Origin: Nitrosopumilus sp.
Lineage (GTDB): Archaea; Thermoproteota; Nitrososphaeria; Nitrososphaerales; Nitrosopumilaceae
Assembly (NCBI GenBank): GCA_965249555.1
Contig: OZ252243.1
Span: 1,568,001-1,632,000, forward strand
Length of the DNA stretch: 64,000 nucleotides
Reading direction: 5' to 3'
Part shown: positions 15,001-22,700 of the stretch, piece by piece
Numbering within the stretch: the first letter of the stretch is position 1
Layout: each line of letters starts with the position of its first letter
Notes under the pieces: generated by a model
Told to the model about the DNA's origin: nothing
Seen by the model: the letters and a program-made list of their open reading frames with translations, nothing else
Database searches by the model: none
Translations under genes and position numbers: made by a program

Positions 15001-15811
15001 TGACCTAAAGTCGGTATCCCTATCCCTTGGAGTTCCAGAAGTTGGCCTGAAAACTAATGCAGAGTCCCACATTATAGTGAATGTAAATAGCAACTATACC
15101 AGTCCTGCAGGCTATGACATTGCAGATATAGTCCATGAGCAAAGAGAGGGACTGGTAAATCAGAACATGACTGGTGCAACAATTAGTAAAGTCAAATGTA
15201 CCATATCAGATACTACAGAGAGGTGCTTTGATGTTACCATATCATTTGTAATAATGGCACCATTATCCCATGAAGTAATGGCAATTAATGCAGTTGACAA
15301 ACAACGTTATTCTACTACCACATATATCAACGAAGGTGTAGAGTTTACAGGAGAAGCATTACTTGCAGCAGCAACTCATGAGTTAAAACAAAAGCATGGC
15401 AACCAGAATCCGTTTGAGACCATATCACTGACACAGCAAGACAGACGTTACCAGGTCTGGGAGGACCAATATGGATACATATGGTCACAAAATGACTATG
15501 GCACCTGGTTGCAGATTACAAGACCTGATATACAACAAAGAGATGATTCGCCAACAAGCGTAATGACTAGAATTCATTCAAACTTTGCAAATCTGGTAAT
15601 TGATGAGCAGGATAGGGCAACTCTGATCTTTGATAGTAAGGCAATTCAGGGAACCTTGGATGAATCATTCTCATATGATATGCCATTAAGACTGGACAGG
15701 GTATCAGATCCCGCATTGCTGGAATCACTATCCATACAAGAGATGCTGGCCCAGGAGATGCTGTGTGACTGTATTATATATGATGACTCTGATTTTAGCT
15801 GGAACGACTAG
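2..15811 (+). CDS. Giant repetitive surface/adhesin-like protein (FN3 + Ig-like Big + DUF5011-like modules), 5'-truncated by window edge
   Basis: The frame is already open at position 2 (PPQPEVQEYRLYRNG...), so the TTG at 170 is not the true start. Contains FN3 motifs (LSW..V.GA.SY...Y.Y.I.A.N), Big-like units (TIEGTAEAG.TV.LF...FSFTVTL..G.NSFTATASDG) and DUF5011-like units (DTEKPVIT..G...Y.EPGATV.DND...Y.APADAAGN). Very T/D/E/S-rich. Confidence 0.9.
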   Translation, partial: PPQPEVQEYRLYRNGALVVATGELSYTDTGLDSNTAYTYHIESHNDVSTTSDRSADLDVTTLIEPPRLVAGEITTTSVELTWDAVAGANDYVLYRDGVNIALVTGTTHKVTGLAAGTEYSFTAESRHLNFLTSPLSSPLSVRTVPDTPALRVTGTTFDTITLSWSPVNGAASYTLTRVVEGDDVTVFSGDALTATDENLSPATSYNYIITATTSGGTSAPSAEFAASTASAVPIITTSSQIVNTPSITIAGTAESGKTVELFQGETSAGTTTADGTGAFSFEVTLADGANSFTATASDGTDTSVPSSPIVITLDTEKPLITVLGSDETIELTAADTYAEPGATVEDNDPAYSEDVTVAGNTPDTSVIRVYTVTYNAPADAAGNEPDQQSITITVSDTTPPTFDVDGHTTNYATTVPFAGTYTQGIIANESDISGIASGTVGGKSVNVHVSAEYAVTYTVTDNNGQAATITETVTVGDDEEKPVITPLGSSETIIVSETDTYTEPDATVKDNDPAYSEDVTVAGDTPDTSVVGEYTVLYTAPADAAGNIPDEKSIVISIVDPPTSPPATIRTLSVSSTTHDSITLSWDAVATAASYTVTRIVDGGPDVEVASEITELTATDENLAADTTYKYTIKAINSAGASTSLEFSLNTAAIPAAPAAPVLSVTSTTDTTVSFSWGAVEGADSYTLTRVVADGSDVPVPTTPELTATDENLAPETSYNYIITATNAGGTTPSATFEATTSAPPAPATPVFSTVVSATHNSINLSWSAVAGADSYTLTRVAESGNNVRVFSGDALTFTNAGLDPDTAYNYIIMATNSAGTSEPSDQFTATTSTAPPTLVIHDTPTLVAGIITYNTVNLSWDEPAGADSYILTRTAGTDTTEIPVIGGTHADDTLEPTTQYTYSVKAVSASGDSADSNDVIATTIPVPILPTTPTYAVDQSAIVGTSFEIIRIDDDTITVSFDAINDGEYYVQWGESETSPTTITGGNSASVQIPIDDYAGVVILFFEDNEVARQQVPAVTSPIKDGTLSVTDDADGIITVSLTPAFAGTFSVGTHSLDSEKIPGVPDTTIVITLDVGHGFAEDVLVSFNNIIVAKVFVTTVPETPALVLGAVTGTSIALSWGSVDNADSYTLTRTADGTDVIIVSGNVLTFTDEGLAAGTNYVYAITATTPEGRTSATSADLAVTIGSAAQSFDVIADGDDASISFTPLVPGDFTIGYGDDSSNDITVTIASDEVDEPSTTPVTVGYNFNGPVTLSLDNDIIGRVLLVTEPPPTALDATAVTDTSIILAWPSQPEVQEYRLYRNGALVVATGELSYTDTGLAAETVYIYHIESHNDISTTSDQSANLIASTGSAAAPGTPAEIPAIESGSFGVTAGVDDATASFVPLRSGDFIIGYGTDQSVTVTIAGDALGKASTTTVPVGDGYDGPVTLTFDGEQVGTVPVRAGITNDTEKPVITPTGSTQTIELTAADTYTEPGATVKDNDPAYSEKVTVAGDTPDTSVIGEYTVLYNAPADAAGNEPDQQSIAITVSDTTPPAFDVDGHTTDYATTVPFAGTYTQGIIANESDISGIASSVVGGNSVDVNVPGQYAVTYTVTDGNEQVATITETVTVEPDAEKPVITPMGSTRTIELTATNTYAELGATVTDNDRDYSGTVTVTGDKPNTGAVGVYIVTYTAPADAAGNEPDPQSIVISVVDTPVPTGITYTEGQTAIEEGSLGYTLNDPGNTISVDFKPLKAGTYKFQYGVSFSNVQVSEAEIGENKRLLIHGIGYNYNADIVISLGSTEVASVSVATGPAPPVLSVGAVTDTSIAFSWGAVTGATHYNVYRDGIVQGRDIGVTSFADTGLTPGTEYAYHVIAFNGLAASASSNVESVTTTGTAPVTIPDTPTLSIVATTHNSIELSWTAVENADSYTLTRIVDGDDNVPVPTTDALSATDTGLSAATDYKYVITATNSDGTSDPSAEFDARTGDSPTYTIDHTLHIDGDKVVITFTSSHTDDFTIEFDGGRTIGFRIDDAAVPYIHTETVGYDYDGNVSIFLGLDEVAKLPVTTGSEPTVTAVRNADNSVTVSWSNIETSITNEYVLTISDGSSDSDTFTPSGASNQHTISTTRTIDLNDANEVCVKGVGVDNKICEPVPEAFDITAPVITVTGSDTTIELTATDTYTIPGATVADNDPNYSETVAVTGDTPDTSSIGVYTVLYDAPNDAAGNKPEQESITITVVDTTPPTFDVNGNTDDYSTAVPFGETYTPGAIANAFDISGIVSSDVGGDTVNVNTSRDYVVTYTVTDSNGRTTTITETVTVGPDVTAPAVPEITTSPATVNTPSFTIDGTAEAGTTVALFNGGTSVDTVIADSGSFSFTVTLTEGENSFTVTASDGPNTSDASPAIVITLDTIPPEAPIITTPPATVNTPSFTIEGTAEAGTTVALFNGVTPAGTTTADGSGNFSFTVTLTDGENAFTATASDGPNTSDASPAIVITLDTIPPEAPEITTSPATVNTPSFTIEGTAEAGTTVELLKGGTSTGDTVAADGDGNFSFTVTLTDGENSFTATASDGPNTSAASPAIVITLDTIPPEAPEITTSPATVNTSSFTIEGTAEAGTTVALLKGATSTGDTVTADSGSFSFTVTLTDGENSFTATASDGPNTSASSSPVLITLDTTAPAVPAITTPPATVNTPSITIDGTAEAGSTVELFRGVTTVDTVTADSGSFSFTVTLTDGENSFTATASDGPNTSDASSPVLITLDTIAPAVPEITTSPATVNTSSFTIDGTAEAGSTVELFRGVTSVDTVTADSGSFSFTVTLTDGENSFTATASDGPNTSDASSPVLITLDTIPPEAPEITTSPATVNTPSFTIDGTAEAGTTVALLKGATSTGDTVAADSGSFSFTVTLTDGENSFTATASDGPNTSDASSPVLITLDTIAPAVPEITTSPATVNTSSFTIEGTAEAGTTVALLKGATSTGDTVTADSGSFSFTVTLTKGANSFTVTASDGPNTSASSSPVLITLDTTAPAVPAITTPPATVNTPSITIDGTAEAGSTVELFRGVTTVDTVTADSGSFSFTVTLTDGENSFTATASDGPNTSAASPAIVITLDTIPPEAPEITTSPATVNTPSFTIEGTAEAGTTVALLKGATSTGDTVTADSGSFSFTVTLTKGANSFTVTASDGPNTSASSSPVLITLDTTAPAVPAITTPPATVNTPSITIDGTAEAGSTVELFRGVTSVDTVTADSGSFSFTVTLTDGENSFTATASDGPNTSAASPAIVITLDTIPPEAPEITTSPATVNTPSITIDGTAEAGSTVELFRGVTSVDTVTADSGSFSFTVTLTDGENSFTATASDGPNTSDASSPVLITLDTIAPAVPEITTSPATVNTSSFTIEGTAEAGTTVALLKGATSTGDTVTADSGSFSFTVTLTKGANSFTVTASDGPNTSASSSPVLITLDTTAPAVPAITTPPATVNTPSFTIDGTAEAGSTVELFRGVTTVDTVTADSGSFSFTVTLTDGENSFTATASDGPNTSAASPAIVITLDTIPPEAPEITTSPATVNTPSFTIEGTAEAGTTVALLKGATSTGDTVTADSGSFSFTVTLTKGANSFTVTASDGPNTSASSSPVLITLDTTAPAVPAITTPPATVNTPSITIDGTAEAGSTVELFRGVTSVDTVTADSGSFSFTVTLTDGENSFTATASDGPNTSAASPAIVITLDTIPPEAPEITTSPATVNTPSFTIEGTAEAGTTVALLKGATSTGDTVAADGDGNFSFTVTLTKGANSFTVTASDGPNTSASSSPVLITLDTTAPAVPAITTPPATVNTPSITIDGTAEAGTTVELLKGGTSTGDTVAADGDGNFSFTVTLTDGENSFTATASDGPNTSAASPAIVITLDTIPPEAPEITTSPATVNTSSFTIEGTAEAGTTVALLKGATSTGDTVTADSGSFSFTVTLTDGENSFTATASDGPNTSAASSPVLITLDTIAPAAPEITTSPATVNTPSFTIEGTAEAGTTVELLKGGTSTGDTVTADSGSFSFTVTLTKGANSFTVTASDGPNTSASSSPVLITLDTTAPAVPEITTSPATVNTPSITIDGTAEAGSTVELFRGVTSVDTVTADSGSFSFTVTLTDGENSFTATASDGPNTSDASSPVLITLDTIAPAVPEITTSPATVNTSSFTIEGTAEAGTTVALLKGATSTGDTVTADSGSFSFTVTLTKGANSFTVTASDGPNTSASSSPVLITLDTTAPAVPAITTPPATVNTPSITIDGTAEAGSTVELFRGVTTVDTVTADSGSFSFTVTLTDGENSFTATASDGPNTSAASPAIVITLDTIPPEAPEITTSPATVNTPSFTIEGTAEAGTTVALLKGATSTGDTVAADGDGNFSFTVTLTDGENSFTATASDGPNTSDASPAIVITLDIIAPVITVDKDSFSVELGETYTAFTYSANDNTDGDITDNVVVGDTVDTSVDNTYNVTFDVDDAAGNHAVTVTRTVTVTPDATVPTITVNEDSLSVELGGTYELFTFTANDNTDGIITGEVAVAGYPADTDTIGTYDVTFDVDDAAGNHAVTVTRTVTVTADTTAPSITVNEESFSVELGETYTPFTFTATDNIDGDISSKVTVGGDTVDTGTIGTYDVTFDVVDAAGNPAVTVTRTVTVTDPEAPTLPDTEKPVITPAGSSETIELIATNTYTEQGATVEDNDLAYSETVTVSGDTPDTSSIGEYTVLYDAPDDAANNTPDQKSITITVVDTTAPTFDVDGNTGDYSTTVPFGETYTPGVIANAFDISGTAPGIVGGETVNVDTSREYVVTYTVTDNNGQVATITETVTVESDITAPAVPAITTPSATVGSTPITIVGTAEIGSTVELFRGGTSVDTTTADGSGNFSFTEVALDEGENSFTATASDGVNTSAASPSIVITLDTTPAGGIASVTPGTETPKKKGGDSNEWKTKPTFGKHWNNQAVQLVDDGFVFNGMPLTITNNWHTDFNMTSSIIGEDNTVHIKGYATNDLKSVSLSLGVPEVGLKTNAESHIIVNVNSNYTSPAGYDIADIVHEQREGLVNQNMTGATISKVKCTISDTTERCFDVTISFVIMAPLSHEVMAINAVDKQRYSTTTYINEGVEFTGEALLAAATHELKQKHGNQNPFETISLTQQDRRYQVWEDQYGYIWSQNDYGTWLQITRPDIQQRDDSPTSVMTRIHSNFANLVIDEQDRATLIFDSKAIQGTLDESFSYDMPLRLDRVSDPALLESLSIQEMLAQEMLCDCIIYDDSDFSWND
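6913..13235 (+). repeat. Tandem array of 24 Ig-like (Big) units of 261-267 bp inside the giant gene
   Basis: Unit ends (codons for ..TLD) counted by eye at ~7171, 7435, 7702, 7966, 8227 ... 12961, 13228. Units are near-identical at DNA level. Confidence 0.92.
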
Positions 15812-15845
15812 GTTCCGTCACATATTTGAGAATTATATGTAATTA

Positions 15846-16042
15846 GGTTATTGGGTATCTACTGCCCCTAGATTATCATGGAATATTTTACAAAAACAAT
15901 GGATGGATTTTGTATCATTTGCAAAAACAATCCCTGATGAATTATTAATACAATTCCTGGAATCAAAATATGCCAAGAATCCTTCCCGTACTTTTTGCAA
16001 AAATAAAACTCTCTGTACCAAAGGCAGAGACAAAATGAGATG
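15846..16042 (+). mobile_element. Truncated, decayed left end of an IS1595-family element
   Basis: Begins GGTTATTGGGTATCTACTGCCCC, matching the left TIR of the intact copy at 46483. Similarity continues through MDFVSFAKTI.DE..LIQFLES to ...GGCAGAGACA.AATGAGATG, with deletions. Confidence 0.88.
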
Positions 16043-16083
16043 GCATATCTGAGATGTCCTGATTCAGCAAAACACACTAGGAG

Positions 16084-16426
16084 GTGTCCTCAGTAGGGTT
16101 GGAGACGATTTCGTATGGGAGATTCAATGACTCTCACAAGTTATGCGCATATGCAGGAGTCGTGCCATCAGTTAGAAACTCTGCAGACACGGTTACACCA
16201 TGGTCGTATAACCAAAAGGGGAAGCATGACACTACGATGGGTTCTTACCCAATGTGTCCATGCCCATGCACTACATGTCAAGAACAGTGACATTACAAAA
16301 TTTTACAATCGCATTAAAAAGAAGAGAGGTTCATCAAAAGATATAGTTGCTGCATCATCAAAGATCCTGCGAGTGATTTACTGGATGCTAAAAGAGAGGA
16401 GAGAATTTGTACAGAATTACAGTTAG
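16084..16426 (+). pseudogene. IS110-family transposase, C-terminal fragment with frameshift
   Basis: RF.DSHKLCAYAGVVPSVRNS in one frame and HHGRITKRGS..LRWVL...KFYNRIKKKRG....IVAASSKILRVIYWML in the next are typical of the IS110 Transposase_20 region. The N-terminal DEDD domain is absent. Confidence 0.85.
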
Positions 16427-16644
16427 GACTGCAAGTCGCGTAATGATTTTTGAGGAACAAGCCTCGTCAACTAACTGCGGATAGATCCTAACGAAGGGAT
16501 GAAGATAGCATTGAGGTTAAAGCCTCGTATGGATACATGTCCGTCATCTTTTGATTGAAAACCTTCTCTAGCGAAAGATATGCCTTGGGATGCCAAAAAG
16601 TGGGAAATGTATAAAAACAATTCACATGGATACCCCTTTAATGC

Positions 16645-16652
16645 TTTTATAA
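16645..16652 (+). promoter_or_regulatory. Putative archaeal TATA box for the second giant gene
   Basis: TTTTATAA ends ~24 nt upstream of an ATG at 16676, which is leaderless-transcript geometry. Confidence 0.5.
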
Positions 16653-16712
16653 CCAGAAATCATCTCTAATGTTATATGAGCAAGGTTTTATTCTCTGCGT
16701 TAATGGGGGGGA

Positions 16713-19700
16713 GTGGCTTGGCCTCATTTGTCATATAACCCACCCTTGCAGGCAGTTAACATGCATTCATTTCTCTGCCTCGCATTTGCGTCGCTGCTTG
16801 CCGTATCCCTAGTCCTTGGAAGTGCCGAGGCCTTCCCAGTCATCATCACACCGTCAACTTATGTAGATGGTCAGACGGCAATTAAGCCAGGCTCTTTTAA
16901 CATTACAGTGGATGACAGCCTTCGTCTAACTGCGACCTTTGTTCCGCGGCAAGCCGGTGATTGGAGGATTACGTCTGATGTTCTTGATCATATTGTTCCT
17001 ATTGTTCCTATTGATGGCAGTGTTGCTCAATCTCAGGTGGATAGTGGTAACCCTTTAGAGGTTAACAGACAACTGAGTGTTGGTTTTTCTGGCCATATCG
17101 TTCTTTCCTTCAAACCCAGTGGGGCTAGTGAATTTGCAAAAGTTGCAAGTGGACTCGTGCTGATTCATCCTAATCCACCTGTACTCAGGGTGGCAGGTGT
17201 CACTCCAACGTCTATAACACTTGAATGGGATGATGTGGATGGTGCTATTTCATACACGGTCTGGATAGATGGAAATGATTCAGAACGTACCACTGATGCA
17301 TCAATCACTTTTGATGAATTAGATCCTGGAACAGAGTACCGTTTTATTTCCCGATCATCAGCTGGTTTACTTACTAGTGTTATCTCTGCTCCGTTGGATG
17401 TAACCACGTTGGCTGTAACTCCCTTGTCTGCAACAATAACTTATGCAGATGACCAGACGGCACTTGCCGAAAACATTTTCGCCGTTATACTGCCTTTCCC
17501 GGGAAATGAGGTAAATGTGTGGATTTCACCGCTAGAGACTGGCACACTTAGATTTGAATCTGGTAATAGTGGGAAGAATGTCCCGGTTGTTTCAGGTGAG
17601 GATCAGACTGTTACAAGGCCGCTGCTTCATGGTGATGATAATATTGTCATTTCATCAGACGGTACAGAAGTTGCAAGGATATCTATAACGACTGAGCTGG
17701 ATCCTGACGAACCAGTTTATGCAGAAGGGCAGGCGGCAATCCGGGAAGGCTCTTTACGTTATGAGCTGGCTGGAAATGGTAGCATAAATGTGCACTTTGT
17801 GCCAACAGAAGCCGGCAACTTTGTATTTAGACATGGCGGCTCTGCTGCCAGCATTTTTGTTACTAACTTGGGTGCAAAAGTAACAATCATCTTCCCCGTA
17901 GGTCATGATTATGATGATGATGTTATTGTTGAATTAGACGACGTAAAAGCTGCAAGGATGAATGTAGTGACCCCGCCTGAAGACGGCGTACCAATCCAAG
18001 CAGGCTCGTTTGTGATTACTGATACGATAAATGCAGACGCATTACGCGTGGAATTTGTACCGTTAAAGGAAGGCACATTTACGGTTACGGCAGGTGATAC
18101 AAGTGAGACAGTTGACGTCTCAGCTGGGGATGTATCGGAATCAACACCAAAAGGGACTGAAATAACAGTCGGGTATGAATTTGATGATAATGTCATCCTT
18201 TCATTTGGAGGCAAGGATGCTGCAAGGATACATGTGACGACCGGACCCACACCACTCGTACCTTCAGCGCCATCGCTTAGAATTACAGGTACCACTCATG
18301 ACACTGTAACGCTCTCATGGGATGCAGTACATCGTGCCGACACCTACACCCTGACCCGAACCCTTGGAAGCAACCCTGCTGTAACGGTGCTATCTGGAAT
18401 CGCTGACCTGACTTTTACTGATAAGAACCTGGCTGCCGAAACCGATTACACGTATTCCCTTACGGCGATAAATTCTGTCGGGCCAAGCGAACCTTCCGAG
18501 GATACTGTAACCACTGATGCTGCCCCAACTCCACCCGATACCCCGACACTTGTCGCGGGAGTAACCACCCATAATACCGTCAGCCTCTCATGGAACGAAC
18601 CGACAGATGCCGACAGATACATACTGACCAGGACTGCCGGCACGGTGATAACTGAGATACCGGTCACCGGGGGAACGCACACTGACGATGCCTTGAAATC
18701 TGGAGTACAATACACCTATTCAATAAGGGCAGTGTCTGCAATTGGAGCCAGTGCCGATTCTAATGATGTCACTGTAGATACAATCAAGGTACCTGTACTA
18801 TCTACCACGCCAACTTACATAGACGGCCAGTCTGCAATCGATGAAACTTTTGAGATTACCATAGTTGATGATAATACCATAGCAGTATCCTTTGATGCCA
18901 AAGTTGACGGGGAATATTATGTGGTATGGGGAGACTCACAGACCAGCCCTGCTAGTATAGTCGGCGGTAACAGTGCAAATGTCGAAATTATTATTGACAA
19001 CTATGACGGCGCGATCATCCTTTTCTTTGACATTGATGGGGATGTGGATGATGAAGATCAAGAGATTGGAAGTCAAGAGGTTGCAAGGCAAGTGGTACCT
19101 GCCGTGATAAGCCCGATCAAAGACGGTACCCTGTCAGTCACTGATGATGCAGACGGGATCATAACCGTATCACTTACGCCGGCATTTGCCGGCACGTTTT
19201 CTGTCAGCACCAATTCCCTAGAGTCTGAAAAAATTCCCGGCGTACCTGATACCCAGATAGATATTACCCTGGATGTCGGACATGGCTTTGCCGAGGATGT
19301 CCTTGTCTCATTCAATAATATTATAGTTGCAGGGATATTTGTAACGACCGTCCCTGATGCCCCGGCACTTGTTCTGGGGCCCGTCACCAGCACCAGCATC
19401 ACCCTCTCATGGAATTCGGTGGATAATGCCGACAGCTACACCCTGACCCGAATCGTTGCAGACGGTGATGATGTGACAGTGTTCTCAGGTGATGCACTGA
19501 CTGCCACTGATGACAACCTGAGTCCTGATGCAGAGTACAGGTATGCCATTACGGCGACAACTCCTGAGGGCAGAACAGGCGCTATATCTGCAGAGCTTGC
19601 AGTTGATATTGGCTCTGCTGTAGAATCCTTTGGCGTCATAGTGGACGGTGATGGTGCATCCGTATCCTTTACACCGCTAGTACCTGGTGATTTCACGGTT

Positions 19701-22700
19701 GGATACGGCGATGATCCAGACAATGATGTTCCAATCTCTGTCGCGCCTGGCAAGTTGTCTGCAAAACTAACCGCGATAAAGGTCGGCTATAATTTTAACG
19801 GCCCGGTCACCCTCTCCCTTGATAATGATATTATTGGCAGGATATTGATAGTCACCGAGCCTCCTCCTACCACGCTTGATGCAACGGCAGTCACCGATAC
19901 GAGCATCACCCTTGCATGGCCTTCACAGCCCGAGGTCCAGGAATACAGGCTGTACAGGAACGGCGCCCTCGTAGTTGCTACTGGCGAGCTGTCCTACACT
20001 GACACCGGACTGGATTCTAACACAGCTTACACTTATCACATCGAGTCACACAATGACGTCTCCACAACAAGTGACCGGTCTGCAGATTTGGATGTAACTA
20101 CGCTTATAGAGCCACCCAGACTTGTGGCAGGGGAGATCACCACTACAAGCGTAGAGCTTACATGGGATGCAGTAGACGGTGCTCATGACTATTTCCTGTA
20201 CCGAGATGGAGTAGATATAGCATCAGTTACTGGCACAACGCACAAGGTCACTGAACTGGCTGCCGGAACGGAATATTCCTTTACTGCCGAGTCACGTAGC
20301 ATTGATTCTGTGACAAGCCCGCTATCATCACCGCTATCCGTAAGGACCGTCCCTGACACTCCGGCACTCCGTGTTACGGGTACTACTTTTGACACTATAA
20401 CATTATCATGGGGCCCGGTAAATGGTGCCGCAAGCTATACTCTGACCCGGGTTGTCGAAGGTGATGATGTGACGGTGTTCTCAGGCGACGCACTGACTGC
20501 CACTGATGAGAACCTGAGCCCTGCAACATCCTACAATTATATAATTACGGCTACAACTTCTGGCGGGACAAGCGCTCCCTCTGCCGAGTTTGCCGCAAGT
20601 ACTGCATCGGCAGTTCCTATAATCACAACATCATCTCAAATTGTCAATACGCCATCAATCACGATTGCCGGTACAGCTGAATCTGGGAAAACAGTGGAAC
20701 TATTCCAGGGAGAAACATCAGCTGGTACGACAACTGCCGATGGAACAGGCGCCTTCTCATTTGAAGTTACGCTGGCTGATGGTGCCAACTCTTTCACTGC
20801 AACGGCATCTGATGGAACCGATACGTCTGCACCATCATCACCTGTAGTCATTACACTTGATACTGAAAAACCGTTAATCACGGTATTAGGTTCTGATGAA
20901 ACAATAGAGCTGACTGCAGCCGACACTTACGCCGAACCTGGCGCCACCGTAGAAGATAATGACCCTGCTTACTCTGAGGACGTGACAGTTGCAGGCAATA
21001 CCCCTGACACCAGCGTTATAAGAGTATACACCGTAACGTATAATGCACCAGCTGATGCGGCAGGCAACGAGCCGGACCAACAGTCAATTGTAATTACCGT
21101 ATCTGACACCACCCCTCCGACCTTTGACGTTGATACTAACACGGATGACTATTCCACACTGGTGCCGTTTGCAGGAACATACACCCAAGGTATAATTACC
21201 AATGCATTTGATATCTCAGGAATTGCATCTGGCACAGTTGGCGGCGAATCAGTAAACGTTCATGTCTCAGCAGAGTATGCCGTAACTTACACTGTAACTG
21301 ACAACAATGGACAGGCCGCAACAATCACTGAAACCGTTACGGTAGAGGATGATGAAGAAAAGCCAGTAATTACACCATTAGGATCTAGTGAGACAATCAT
21401 AGTATCTGAAACCGACACTTACACGGAACCTGGCGCCACTGTAAAAGATAATGACCCAACTTACGCTGGAACCGTAACAGTTGCAGGTGATACTCCTGAC
21501 ACCAGTGTTGTAGGGGAATACACCGTAACATATACTGCACCACCTGATGCGGCAGGCAACATACCCGATGAAAAATCAATTGTAATTTCCATAGTCGATC
21601 CCCCAACTTCCCCGCCTGCCACCATTCGAACACTCAGCGTTTCATCTACTACCCATGACAGCATCACCCTCTCGTGGGATGCAGTGGCCACTGCCGCAAG
21701 TTACACCGTGACCCGAATCGTTAATGGCGGTGCCAATGATGTTGAAGTGTTCTCAGGTGACGCATTGACTGCCACTGATGAGGGCCTGGCCCCCGAAACA
21801 ACGTACAGGTATACCATCACGGCAACAAATTCTGCCGGGTCAAGTACCTCTCTGGAGTTCTCTCTAAATACTGCTGCGATACCAGCCGCACCTGCGGCAC
21901 CCGTACTTTCTGTAACCTCTGCCACTGATACAACCGTATCATTCTCATGGGGTGCAGTGGAGGGTGCCGACAGCTACACCCTGACCCGGGTCGTTGCAGA
22001 CGGTTCTGACGTGCCGGTGCCGACAACCCCTGAACTTACTGCCACTGATGAGAACCTGGCCCCCGAAACATCTTACAATTATATAATTACGGCGACAAAT
22101 GCCGGCGGGACAACCCCTTCTGCCACGTTTGAGGCAACCACGTCTGCTCCACCTGCGCCTGCCACTCCCGTATTCAGCACTGTTGTATCTGCCACTCATA
22201 ACAGCATAAATCTCTCATGGAGTGCAGTGGCCGGTGCCGACAGCTACACGCTGACCAGGGTCGCTGAGAGCGGCAACAATGTCAGGGTGTTCTCAGGTGA
22301 CGCACTGACTTTTACCAATGCCGGACTGGATCCTGATACAGCTTACAATTATATCATTATGGCAACAAACTCTGCAGGTACAAGTGAACCATCTGACCCG
22401 TTTACTGCAACTACATCTACTGCGCCTCCAACCCTTGTTATACATGATACCCCCACACTTGTTACCGGAATAATCACCTATAATACCGTCAGCCTCTCAT
22501 GGGGTGAATCGACTGGCGCCGACAGCTATATCCTGACCAGGACTGCCGGCACAGACACAGTAGAGATACCAGTCACTGGGGGTACCACTGTATCATACAC
22601 CGATGATGACGTGAAACCCTCCACAACTTACACCTATTCCATAAAGGCAGTGTCTGCATCTGGAGACAGTGCCGATTCTAATGATGTCATCGCAACCACG

